Notes under the pieces: generated by a model
Database searches by the model: none
The model's input: only the letters and a program-made list of their open reading frames with translations
Told to the model about the DNA's origin: nothing
DNA from: Octopus vulgaris
Taxonomy: Eukaryota
NCBI GenBank assembly: GCA_951406725.2
Contig: OX597814.1
Span: 48,670,001 to 48,734,000, forward strand
Direction of reading: 5' to 3'
DNA: 64,000 nucleotides
Made by a program: the position numbers and the translations under genes
Part shown: positions 13,200 to 26,000 of the stretch, piece after piece
How positions within the stretch are numbered: the first letter of the stretch is position 1
How the letters are laid out: every line of letters starts with the position of its first letter

Positions 13200-14100
13200 A
13201 AAAGAACAGTTGCTCCAATAAATCATACTAAAATCCTACTTAACATTATTGCTAATAGAATTAAAGTCAAATATTAACTAGAAGTAGGGGAACACCAGTT
13301 TTATTTCAGAGACAGAAAACGAATGAACGATACTATTTTTAACACAAAGATGGTTATTCAGAAAACATGATGATCTATTTACTGCTTTTATTGACTATCA
13401 AAAGACTTTTGACACAGTTATTGATGACAATTATAGTCGGTAATGGCAAAAATAGGAATTCCTCAACATTTTATGTATTATTAAAATCAGTTTATTCTCA
13501 GCTAACGGTAAATGTCAAAAATAATGTGGGCTTCACTGTGTCGGTTGAGATTCTTCCCCCTTTCAGTTCAACGGCTATGTAGAAGTGTAACGTGGAAAGC
13601 TCAAGAAGGTTTTGAAGGTTCAGTCAAAACTAACAGAAGAATATTCACCACTCTTTGATTTGGCGATGATACTGTCCTTATTGCTGGTTGCTTTGAAGAA
13701 TTGAGAAATTCGATGATGAAAATAAAACATGAAGAATGTGGCTTATTCGTTGATTTTATCAAAACTAAATTGATTGCCGCAGAACACACTATCGAGATAA
13801 TCGTATAATAATAATTATTGAAGTAAGTCATTAGTTTTGCTATGTTAGAACAGTCGTTATAAATCAATATGATAACAGCAAAGAGATAAAAAGAACTGAA
13901 ATGGCAACCTCAGCTACCAACGCTTTGAATCGCATTTTGAAAAATCTAAGCAAGAAGACCGAATGGAAGTGCTGTGAATCTATGTTTTCAGTAGCAACGT
14001 GCAGATCTGAATGGTGGAATTTTTATACAGTAAAGAATACTGAGCAAAGACATTTCAAAATATGGTGGTAGAATGAAGAATTAGCTAGACAGGAGAAAAA
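13200..14100 (+). mobile_element. Decayed RTE-like LINE reverse transcriptase
   Basis: EVGEHQFYFR..DTIFNTKMVIQK, FIDYQKTFDTV, and FGDDTVLIAG (FADD motif). Confidence 0.7.
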
Positions 14101-15109
14101 AATTAATTAATATGTGTCGCTTCTTCTGTTGTCGTTGCTGCTTCAGATCATTAGGTTGTGAAGTTTACTGCAGTGAGAGCCTCCTTTTATTTGCCTTCTG
14201 CCGTGGGCAGAAAACTCTTACGTAGCAGGTCGCGCCACAAAAGCGACACCTTGGCCTTTTGCTCTCTACCATTACTATTAATCTGGTGCCATTTGGTAGT
14301 TCGATTACGGCAGGGATGGCTTCGACTTTCTCTTGGTTCACTTGAATTAATAGTTCCTTGCATATATCCGACCAGCTTTCTCGGTGTATGTGCTAAACTT
14401 CTGACATTGCCTCGTCTTCACCACTAAAAAAAACAGTCGTCATTAGCCACCAGATAATTATTTCAGATGGTATGTCCATCACCCTCAACTTCTCATCTAG
14501 TTTACCCATATATGATGGGGTGAGGATGAATTCCTCATTTTGGACTCAGACCCAAATCTGACGTCAACTGTGCTAAATTGTTTGCCAGACATAACGAAAG
14601 ATTTTTTATTTCCACGCGTGCCCTTGGGTTGATCTTTCGAATTGTCGACTCTTAATGCCGATGCAACGATAAGTCACCATGCCTCGATTGATTTGGTCGA
14701 TAACGTGACTAGGTTGCCTAACGTTTACTGAAAATGATTTTCTTTTTTTAATTATTTCTCTCGGCATTAGCAGCTTGAGCAACAACCTGCCAAACATCTT
14801 TTGGCATGTTGCTGTTGTTATCGTTGTTGTTGCTGCTGCTGCCGTTAAACAGCATGTTGGATTCATAATGGAATTAGTGAGAGGAAGCTGTGGGAGATCC
14901 TCTTTGTAGTAGCTGTCCCAACAGCTATCCATACCCTCCATTTGCGAGGCCATGCTTGTCTTTGATTTTAAAGAAATGTTTAAATTTTAAACATTCACTT
15001 GATGGCCATTTTTTCTGCAAACCTGATGAAGTTTAGTTTTATACACGATATTGCAACGTTGTATTGAAGACCAGTATAAAATGTCATATATCTCAAGGAA
15101 TTAGATGTA

Positions 15110-15490
15110 AGCGGAGGCATGGGTGTGTAGTTAAGGAGCTAGATTTGTGACACGAGGGTTCAATCCCAGTGCGCGAAACCTTGGGCAAGTGACTTGCCCC
15201 GAATCGACTAAATACCTTGTGAGTGAATTTGATAGACGTAAACCAAGAAAGCCCGTTGGGAATATATGTACGTGTGTGTGTGTGTTTCTTCCCCCGCCAC
15301 CGCTTGACAACCAGAGTTGATCCTTTTGTGTCCTTGCGGCTTTGCAGTTCAGCAAATGATATCGATAAGAAAAGAGTTAAGTAAATTCAGTACTGCGGTA
15401 GATTTGTTCAATTAAAAGCCTTTTGATGGTGCCCAAGCATGGCCGCAACTCAGTGACTGAAACAAGTTGAAAAAGATAAAAATAAAGATG
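15110..15490 (+). mobile_element. Family A SINE, diverged full-length
   Basis: tRNA-like head with gggttcaatccc B-box, ccttgggcaagt CORE-like motif, tail gcatggccgc..gactgaaacaag. Confidence 0.8.
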
Positions 15491-15561
15491 AAATTTCCTG
15501 TACGATTGTTTGCTTTGGTCCATACCTAAGTTCTTTTACTTTATTATATCCACGAGTCTAG

Positions 15562-15619
<58 letters not shown>

Positions 15620-15811
15620 TAGTGATGATGGTGGGTGCAAATCGTTTCTCTGGCTTTCAACGATATTCAACTCCCATCAGCTTTTTCAACTTTCTCTCAA
15701 GTACAAATATTATTTGCTATTCCATCATTAAACTGTTTGACAATACTACAAGAACTTTAAATACCATATCATTTACTGTAATTTCATGACACACTCTGTA
15801 CATATAGTGCC

Positions 15812-15858
<47 letters not shown>

Positions 15859-16019
15859 CTTGATACAAACAGCTAGTAGTCATAAAGGAGTGCCTTATGA
15901 CAGCTGACTTTGTCATTGCTTATTATTCACCAAAAATACACACACACACACACACACACGCACGCACAAACACACTTGTCATCCTTGCACACACACACAC
16001 ACACGCGCGCGCATTCCTT

Positions 16020-16298
16020 TTTGAAACTCTCTTGCTTTTAAAAACCACGATTCGACTACCTCTCAACTTCTGTTCTTTCAACATGTGATCTCTTGAGCAC
16101 CACCAGCTCAAATATTTTTTCCTCTGTCTTCCCTTCTTGGGATCTTTCCTTCTCCTTGTTTCCGACGAAGAGCTCCGCTCGAAACGTTAAACCCTCCTTC
16201 CCTTCTTTCCTAAGCGTTAATAATACTTTAATTGTTCCACGTCCTGCGTTGCTGTGTTTTTTTCTCTTTTTTTCTGTGTTTTCTAGTTTGGATTAACT
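16020..16298 (+). mobile_element. Penelope-like 3' end and terminal repeat with hammerhead motif
   Basis: gttt-CCGACGA-A-GAGC[TCC]GCTC-GAAAC-GTT-aaac at 16158-16192; ends in (TA)n. Confidence 0.65.
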
Positions 16299-16436
16299 AT
16301 ATATATATATATATATACAGGTATATATATGTATGCATGTATATATATGTATATGTATATACATATATATATATATGTATATATATATGAATATATGTAT
16401 ATATATATATATGTATATACATATATATATGTATAC

Positions 16437-16483
<47 letters not shown>

Positions 16484-16555
16484 TATATGTATATATATAT
16501 GTGTATATGTATATATGATGGCCGCAGTCAACTGACTGAAACAAATAAAAGAGTA

Positions 16556-16770
16556 AAGAGTTACTCCAAACATGAACAAAGAGAAAACACAACAACGCGA
16601 GGACGTGGAACAAGTATAGTTTTATTGGACGCTCAGGAAAGGAAACAAAGAATGAGGATCTAACGTTTCGAGCGGAGCTCTTCGTCAGAAACATAGAAAA
16701 AAGAAAGATCCAAGGAAGGGGAGACGGAGAAAGAAAATCGCCAACGATACGCACACAGTCACCTATTGTA
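16556..16770 (-). mobile_element. Penelope-type terminal repeat with intact minimal hammerhead core
   Basis: Minus strand 16688-16661: CTGACGA-A-GAGC[TCC]GCTC-GAAAC-GTT; inverted paralogue of 16120-16298. Confidence 0.7.
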
Positions 16771-16774
16771 TATA

Positions 16775-16820
<46 letters not shown>

Positions 16821-16932
16821 GTGTGTGTGTGTGTGTATACATGGAAAAATGCGAGCATGAAAAGTAATATTCTTAAGATTATAAACCTGGAAAAGTACAG
16901 GACAAGTTATTTTACCTGTGAAAACATAGGTC

Positions 16933-17258
16933 AAGCTATTACTTCTAGTAAAGTAAAGAATAAGAAACTTTCTGCTTAAAATATTGCAGCAAAGAATTCC
17001 AGTTCGTCTTATTTATCACTCTTTACAGTTCTCGCCTTTTAAATTTATTGTACAAAACTATTCAGCTAATTTGTAAGTTTGTCTAATTAGTCACTTTTTT
17101 CTGTATTTAAGATAATATATTAGCCAAATTCTACTTAAATATGTATAGTGTTAATTGTAAACTATAATAAAATACGTTTTAATATTCTAATTTTAATTTT
17201 AGCTGCGAATTTTAAGTAAAAAGTTTCTTATTCTTTACTTTACTAGAAGTAGTAGCTT
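16933..17258. mobile_element. MITE-like element with about 65-bp terminal inverted repeats
   Basis: aagctattacttctagtaaagtaaagaataagaaacttt.. versus ..aaagtttcttattctttactttactagaagtagtagctt; AT-rich, no ORF. Confidence 0.6.
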
Positions 17259-17495
17259 TATATATAAAGGTGGTACTCCAGCATGGCCGAAGTCAAATGA
17301 CTGAAACCATTAAAAGAGAATGTGTCACATAGAACAGGGTTTACTCTTAACGTTTTTGACAGAATTTTGTATTTTAGAAGTTATTTCGTCAGAAGTTACA
17401 GAGGGACAAAGAGCAAATTCATGATTGATAAGTACCAATACACAAAACTCAGCTTTTGACTTACTCTCTGACTTCTGCCGATGATATATATATAT
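17259..17495 (+). repeat. Inverted duplicate of about 18549-18783
   Basis: About 230 bp reverse-complement match with only a few differences. Confidence 0.92.
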
Positions 17496-18724
17496 ATATG
17501 CATCATTATTACAGGTGTAATAACTTGTCCTGTACTTTCCTAGGTTTATAATCTTAAGAATATTACTTTTCATTCTCACATTTTTCCATGTAATCCATGA
17601 TTTTTCCAGGCATTGCTCTTGTAAGATAATTAATAATGTGTCAATTAATAATTTAAGATTTTACCTGAAAGATAATATTTCAATTTTTCCATGTAAGTGA
17701 TGATAATATTTAAGTTTTTTTCATGTTTCATTTAAATGTATGTTGTGATTGAATTATTTGATATTACTCATCCACACCAAATTAATGGCAGGGATTTTTA
17801 CCATGTTGTTTGTCATACCATAGCTCACCATAAGATACAAACCATCAGTTACCAGGCTCACCTTAAGTAACCTAATTTTGCAATATTAGGTCACAGGAAT
17901 TCATTCAACGAAAAAAAAACTCCAATGATTTCGGGATTGGTGAGGGAACCCTCTACCTCATTTTTTTCTGAACCAAAATAAGGGATTTACAGCATATTAG
18001 GAGATCAGGGTATTTGATTCCACGCAAAAAATCAATTTTATTTTTTCTTAGTGAAAATCGTGCGGGTGTTAATATAGTAATTTACTATAATGTTATTTAT
18101 CCTCAAATCAACCCTGATACCGCAAACCGATCATCAACGACATTCCAGCCTTCAGCAAACCGCGTTTTTAGGGATGATCTAGGACATCATATACAATAGG
18201 CGTGTGATTTAGGTAGGGGGATACCTTGGCTGCTAGTTTTAGTGTGTCGAGCGACCAGGTAGAGGCTCTTTCATTGGTTCGATTGCGTGATGAAAATTTT
18301 TTACACACATATATATATATGCCACCTTCGAAACGTAGAGTAGATGAAACCATGGCGACTGAAGAAGGGTTTTTTTCTTTGTGTTAATTGTCCTGTACTC
18401 TATTTTTTTGTTGTTTAAAAAAATGTCCAGTTCCTTGGGTTTATGTCTATGTTTTCGTTTCTCATTGTGTTCGACGTTTTTTTGGTGTCCTGTACTCATA
18501 TATGCGTGTATATGTAAATGTGGAGGTAAGTACGTATATATATGTTTATATATATCATCGGCAGAAGTCAGAGAGTAAGTCAAAAGCTGAGAGTTTTGTG
18601 TATTGGTACTTATCAATCATGAATTTGTTCTTTGTCCCTCTGTAACTTCTGACGAAATAACTTCTAAAATACAAAATTCTGTCAAAAACATTAAGAGTAA
18701 ACCCTGTTCTATGTGACACATTCT

Positions 18725-19088
18725 CTTTTAATGGTTTCAGTCATTTGACTTCGGCCATGCTGGAGTACCACCTTTATATATAAATCGACACCTATTATTT
18801 GTAACCAAGTACTTATTCTATCGGTCTCTTTTGCCGAATCGCTAAGCTGCAGGGACATAAACACATCTGCATCGGTTGTCAAGCGATGTTGGGGGTGGGG
18901 GAAACACAGACGCACATATATATGACGGGCTTCTTTCAGTTACCGTCCACCAAATCCACTCACAAAGCTTTGGTCGGCCCGAGGCTATAGTAGAAGACAC
19001 TAACCCAAGGTGCCACGCAATGGGACTGAACCTGGAACCATGTGGTTGGTAAGCAAGCTACTTACCAGACAGCCACTCCTGCGCCTAT
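18725..19088 (-). mobile_element. Family A SINE, full-length
   Basis: Head aggcgcaggagtggctg..ggttccaggttcagtccc and tail match 51550-51980. Confidence 0.9.
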
Positions 19089-19682
19089 TGTCAAAAATAT
19101 CTAATTAAATAATGTGTACGTCAAAGTCGACCATGGCGAAATTTGAACTAGAAACGTAAAGATAAACGATATACCGTTAGGTATTTCGCCCAGCGAGTTA
19201 ACGTTTCTGCCAGCTCGGCGCCTAAGCGCGGCAGCCTTCTTCTTAGAAATATATTGTTTATTCTAATTGCTTAAGCGTTACTCCTATACTTACTAACATA
19301 AAATTTCGTAACATTTTACTTCATAACACTTTTTCCACTAATTTTTGTTCAATGCGACTAGCGATTCTGAATTCCTCATGCATTTTTCTATCATTTAAGC
19401 CTAAGAAAAGTATAATTTTGTTTTTAAGATTTAAAAAATTGTGTTAATTAAAGATGAATATCTGCCTTACTGCCCCCCTTGAGGTCGCAGATATTTTGAC
19501 GTAACTTTTTTTCTACTGAACCAAATCTCAAACTATTTGTGCCAAAGTGTAGCTGAGGAGGTTTCCTCTTTAAAACTATTAACTGAATTAGTGGTAAAGC
19601 TTGGAAGCTACTGCGATTGACGAAATAGTGAATATATTCAACCACGACCGTGGTTGAATGATATATATATATATATATATAC

Positions 19683-19715
<33 letters not shown>

Positions 19716-19822
19716 TGTATGTATGTATTTATATGTATATATGTATATATATGCATATATATAAATGTATATATTTATATATGTATATGTATGTATATAT
19801 GTATATATATGTATATATGTAT

Positions 19823-19892
<70 letters not shown>

Positions 19893-21489
19893 ATATATAT
19901 ATATGTATGTATGTACATGTGTGTGTGTATGCGCGCGAACTGATATTAATGCAATGACTTTGTAGCCTCCCCTAAAATATGAATCATGCATCTCACATGT
20001 TATTGACATCTTTAGTAGCTTCAAGTTTATATTATTTAGTGTATTCCAGTTACGTAAAGTGTCATTACATTTGTGCTCTATTCATAGAGAGTCGCAGAGA
20101 AAAATGTAAATGTTTTGCCTGCTGAATCGAAATTTTGTTTCGATTCCTAACTGAAACTAGTTCTGTTTTCTGGTTTTTTTTTTTTTCATTCATGCTCTCG
20201 AGAAAAGCTTCACTATTATCTCTCAGTCTAGTCTTCATATCAGGTATGTAGAAAATGAAGTAATATAATGACAAACTATTCAGCGGCGTTCCAAACAAGT
20301 GGCTTATACGACTTAGGCGATTCAAAATATCACGGCAAGTTTTCTTTAATTTCTTTTATTCTTAAATAAGTAAGTTATTTATTGATTAGGACACATAGGT
20401 TCGTGTCCCACGGGCTGCTCTCGACTATTCTATCCAAAGAGCTTTTTCGCCCAACATTCCAAAACTTGCACACTATTATTTATATCTCTAAGGCAGCGAG
20501 CATCAGAACCGTTAGCATGCCGGATAAAATGCTTAGTGGCATTTCGCACTTCTCTACGATTTGAGTTCAAATTCCGCCGAAGTCGACTTTGCATTTCATC
20601 CTTTCGGGATAGATGTCATCTACTAATTTAAGGGCTAGTATCGATACTAGAAAGGATTATTTATAGCTTTAGCTGCTTCGAAATTAACCTTCCCTAAAAA
20701 ATATTAACCCACCCCTTTTTCCTTCGTTTTTTTTTTATTTCAATACATCTAAAGGTTAGTTTAGGCAGGAGACCAGATTAGTTACAGTTATGTCGTACTT
20801 TTAATCCTTCGTCTGGTTTAACAATACGATCTGTGCATTGGGCACATTTTGCAGATTTCCCTATCTTGCAATAATTCTGACCTGACTTCTGGTCTAAAGA
20901 TAACTCTATATCTTGATGTGAGGCATTATATTACAGCGACACATTAGCTGTCCTGGGAAGTCTTGCGAAACGGTCATAAGCACTACGCTTCCTACTTTTA
21001 CGAAGTCTTAAAACACATTTAAATGCTGCCCTGCCATTGTCTACAGAGACAAGTAGTAACCTCATACGCATGAGGTACAAACATTTTTCGTTTTTTTTTT
21101 TAGTTTCTTGGATAACATTTTTTGCAATTTGCTTCCTTTTGGTTTTACCATAAATATGGTTTAGCTCATAATTTTGGAATGCGATTGGGGTATGAACTTT
21201 AATGTTGGATAAAATCGTTAGCCTATCTTGTTCGGGGCCTTCCTGTTGCATTTAAATCCCGTCGGTGGGGATTGAATTTACTATTCATTTCTCAGGGGTC
21301 GTTGAATATACGCGTCAGTGATACATTAAGAAACTATTATATCCCACTTTCTACCCCCATTCTCTCTCATTCCCTCTCATCTCTCTCACTCTCTCCCTTT
21401 CACACTCGCTTTCTCTGTCTCCCACTCTTGCGCACGAATCCGCATTGATGGGGATATATGTAAGCATACATAAGTACGTACGTCTTGTA

Positions 21490-21509
21490 TATTTGTGTAG
21501 ATATGAGTG

Positions 21510-21581
<72 letters not shown>

Positions 21582-21705
21582 AAGGCAATCACACAGTCTC
21601 ACACATATACATTGAGCATGTATACAAAAAAACATACGCACATACATCCGATATACAAATATATATATATTTATATAGACAGACACATAAATATGTAAAT
21701 GTGTT

Positions 21706-21758
<53 letters not shown>

Positions 21759-22161
21759 ATTTATTATAGATATCTGTATGCATATAGATACACATTATGT
21801 TATATTATATATACATTTCTCAGAAAACATTTGCACTTTCATCATGTCTATGGAATCATTTACATGATGATAAATGCAAACATTCACAAATGTGGCACAT
21901 TAGAAAAGTGCGTCGGTTTGTTAGTAGATGTGTGGGTGACAGCAACGTCTGCATATTGTGTGTGCGTGTGTGTGTGTGTGTTGCGTGTTCCCAAGTCCAT
22001 ATCAATAAAATAGAATTTCCGCGTAATTAAATGTGAAAATTTATTAGCTATATTTATCCTTTTAACGTCTTCAAAAACACGTATATAATGCATAATAAAT
22101 GTATACCACACACACACAAAACACACGTGCGTATATGTATATGTATATATATATATGCATA

Positions 22162-22196
<35 letters not shown>

Positions 22197-22223
22197 GCAC
22201 ATACATATGCATATACATAAATG

Positions 22224-22267
<44 letters not shown>

Positions 22268-22395
22268 TTATACATATATGCATATATATATATACATACA
22301 CATATACATACACTTATATATACACACATATATATATACATATATATATATATACATATATACATACATATATACATACATATATATATACATAC

Positions 22396-22439
<44 letters not shown>

Positions 22440-22518
22440 GTGCATACATATATATACATACATATATACATACAAACATACATACATATATACATACATA
22501 CATACATACATACATACA

Positions 22519-22589
<71 letters not shown>

Positions 22590-22722
22590 TATATATCAAG
22601 GGTTGAGCAGAAAGAATACAAAGAGAAAATGTTGGACGAAACCAGACAGGCATACATGCATGTACGTGTGCATGTATGTACTACATGTGTGTGTGAGAGT
22701 ACAATATATATATATATATATT

Positions 22723-22803
<81 letters not shown>

Positions 22804-23000
22804 GATGATATATGTATATATGCAAGTATAATCTACGCATGTGTATGAATATTAATATATGTGTGTCAGTAATATATATATGCGAGTTTAACATATGCAT
22901 AAATATAAGCATAATGTATGCATATATATATATGTGCGTGTGTGTGTGTGTGTATGTGTGTGTGTATATATATATTTGCACGTGTGTGTGTGTATAATAG
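21490..23000. repeat. Compound (TA)n/(ATAC)n/(TG)n microsatellite field
   Basis: Seen directly; all overlapping ORFs are YI/HT/VC artefacts. Confidence 0.95.
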
Positions 23001-23261
23001 CATGTGAATTCAAGAACACACCTCGACTCATGCGCATGCGCACGCACACATGCACGCACACTCAAATAAAATAGAATTTAGAAGAAACTCTTCAAGTTTT
23101 CTTGGTACATTTCGCTTGAAACAAGAACATTTTTTAGCCCGACGAATTATAATAATCGTTTGAATCTCACTTATCATGTCTATGATGATAGAGTTTACAC
23201 AAGTACAGTGACACTGGCAGCAGCAGCAGCAGCAACAACATACATACATAAATATATGTAC

Positions 23262-23310
<49 letters not shown>

Positions 23311-24045
23311 AACAATAACGTTTGATAAACAATCAAATGATTATGGTGGAGACGTTGGGTTAAAAAACAGTAACCAGTGCCTTTAAGTAAAAATGAATGT
23401 TTAATGTGTTCACTATCAAAATAGTTATGTATGTTGCCAGCTGCACTGTGCACTTGTTGATACAAGAGGCAAATATTAAGGGAAGTTGAAGGAGGAGGAG
23501 CAACAGAAGAAGAAGAGGGGAGAAGGATGAGAGAAAAGAAAAGAGGGAACCTCAACTAAAGCAAATTAGCTCAGTTCCGCGTACCCACATGACTTTATTG
23601 AATTGAAAGCTTCATTTTATACGAAGATTATATGGAACACATGTCTCAGAGATAATCTTGATTGTTATTAGATAACGCGGAAATCATGACCTTAGAATCG
23701 CTGATACATTTCAAAAGCCGAGGCAAAATTTATATATGTATCCGTATATGTGTGTGTATGCGTGTGTGATACATAGTTATGATTTTATATATATATATAA
23801 AAGATCAACACCAATGATGGGAACTTGGTTTGCATAGCAGTGGGGGTTTCAGTGGGTCAAGCACATAGCTACTGTCATTCCTTTTGTCCAATTTTTAATC
23901 GTGGACGATGTTCTTTTCATCTGAGAAGGACCAGGGCATGTCAGGTTCCTCGGGAGGCTTCAGTTTATTCAACGCTTTGACTATATTACACAGTCCTTCT
24001 GGAACCGTGTAATATGGTCATGAACTGCCCTCTTTTCATAACGAG

Positions 24046-24081
<36 letters not shown>

Positions 24082-24169
24082 GGTGTCTGACTTTATACAT
24101 GCATAGGGGAGTCTAAATGTGTTTGTGTGTGTGTAAACACGTTGGTGACGCATGATTGTATATAACTTA

Positions 24170-24955
24170 AAGGAAATTATTTAGAGGAGGTAGTGTCTCT
24201 TGGCAAGTCCATGGGCCTCGAGGTTGATGATGGGATTATTAACAATCTCATCGAGGAACACTCAGAGACGCTACTGACAGATGAACTCCTGCAGCTTCAG
24301 GAGCAGCATTTGGATGCGGAGGAAGAGATTGGTTTCCCGGAGGTGGACGGTGTAGCGGAGAATGCTATATCAACGAATGACACAAAGGCAGTGTTGGCGA
24401 AGTAGTAGTGTGCTTCTGAATTTGTAGAAAAATATCATCCTGAAAAAGTAGCTACAGGCCGTGCAGCTGCCTTATTTAATGACACTGCTTTGGTGCATTT
24501 TCGTAACATTTTGAAAGGCAGGAAGAAGCAGATTTCTCTTGATATGTTTCTAATGAAACGACCTGCAAGTGTAAAAAGTCAAGAAAGTGTGTCCAAAATG
24601 CCTAAATTAAGCGGAGAGAAAACGCCAGAAATTGCTCTTCCTGGGGTCTTAATGGAAGTGGGGTCTCCTTCCAAACAGTAATCCTCCTCCCTGCTCTGTC
24701 CTCTTCCTCGAGCACAAATCTCAGTTAATATAACCAGTTTACATATTTCTTTTGCATTCTCTTTTTAACACTTGTCATTTCACTTATAACTACACCTTTT
24801 CTGTTTTAAAACCCATAAAAATTTATTTGGAGGTGGTTTTGGGGGCTGAAACGGATTAATTATATTTTAGTTAATTTCAATGGGAAAATTGATTTGTAAA
24901 ACGAGTAAATCGTAAAACGAGCTCGGTCATGGGACGAATTAAACTCGTACTGCAC
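24170..24955 (+). mobile_element. Tigger/pogo-like DNA transposon, 3' part
   Basis: SLGKSMGLEVDD..LIEEHSETLLTDELLQLQ, FVEKYHPEK, FNDTALVHFRNILKGRKKQISLDMF (TIGD1-like C-terminus), one internal stop; Tigger-like 3' end cgaattaaactcgta. Confidence 0.85.
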
Positions 24956-24959
24956 CCTC

Positions 24960-26000
24960 ACTTCTCTTCGAAGAAATATTTGAGAATACCGCGTACAAAT
25001 TCATCTCTATAAACACTGTAATGACAGACTGCAAATGAGGTTCTGCTAAAAGTCGTCGCAAATCCAAAACTAGAGATCACAAACACGTTATTGTATATAT
25101 ATGACAAAAATAGAAATTGAAGGAATATAAGAACAAAACAGAATGAGAGAGAAAATATAAGAATTAAAAGGGGGGCGGCGAGGGAACAATACAACGATTG
25201 TGAAGGGTATTCTCTTTTTTTCATGAAGTGAATGGTTTTTATAGATTTCGGGTTGCAACCAGAGCTTATGTATTGAATTTTGTATTTGAGACACATCGTG
25301 ATAATACGTCGTTAAAAATACAGGATACGTTGTCAAAGTAGCCAATGTCGATAGCTGTAAGCTAACTACATTTATGGTGAGGTTTCTTAAACCTGGTTGG
25401 GCTGGTGGCGACTGGAATTGATGTTTTGTGCTTTGCTGTAGTAATTTCTATAAATATAATCTTTTTTCTATTTTCAAGGTTCACGGTGATGTCTTAGAAA
25501 TTTATGGAATGGAGGGTGGTGTCTACTGTTATTTCTTTCACACTAAGTCTTTGTAAGTTTTGATGACGTGTTTTCTTAATTCTATAATTTTTATCAGTCA
25601 ACATAGCATGAACTTTGGACCCAGACATCTTGATACAGACCGCATTTGTCAACAGAGAATTTATTCGTTAGGGAAGATAGGGGTATAGAGGGCAACATAT
25701 CTCAAATCTCATCCGAGTATTTAACTCACTTGGAGATGTCGAAATTAATATGGTGGTCTTCTTTAATTCTTGGGTGTTGTCGAAGTAACTGTGATTTACG
25801 GGTATATAGGATTATTGTAATGACCGAGACCTGAGATTACATAATCTGTAACGAAGCTTAAAGTTTTAACAGTAGCGGTTTACTTACAATGTTGACTTAT
25901 GTAAATTATTGAAACTATTAACATAATTTATGTTACAACACTGGATGACGGAAATGGTTATATTTGATAGTTGTACAGATGTATCTCATTTTATTTTGCG
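24960..26000 (-). mobile_element. Decayed Penelope-like RT region
   Basis: Minus strand CGLYQDV (GLYRDD-like), SINF*DITVNL (NFLD.T) and PVFLTTYYHD..IHKLW..RRPP linker. Confidence 0.55.

Noticed and set aside
14606-14953. 115-aa minus-strand ORF
   Set aside because: No recognisable host domain; neighbouring sequence weakly suggests a decayed LINE 5' region
22054-23065. Long YI/HT/VC ORFs here and at other microsatellites
   Set aside because: Translations of (TA)n, (ATAC)n, (TG)n and (TATC)n repeats
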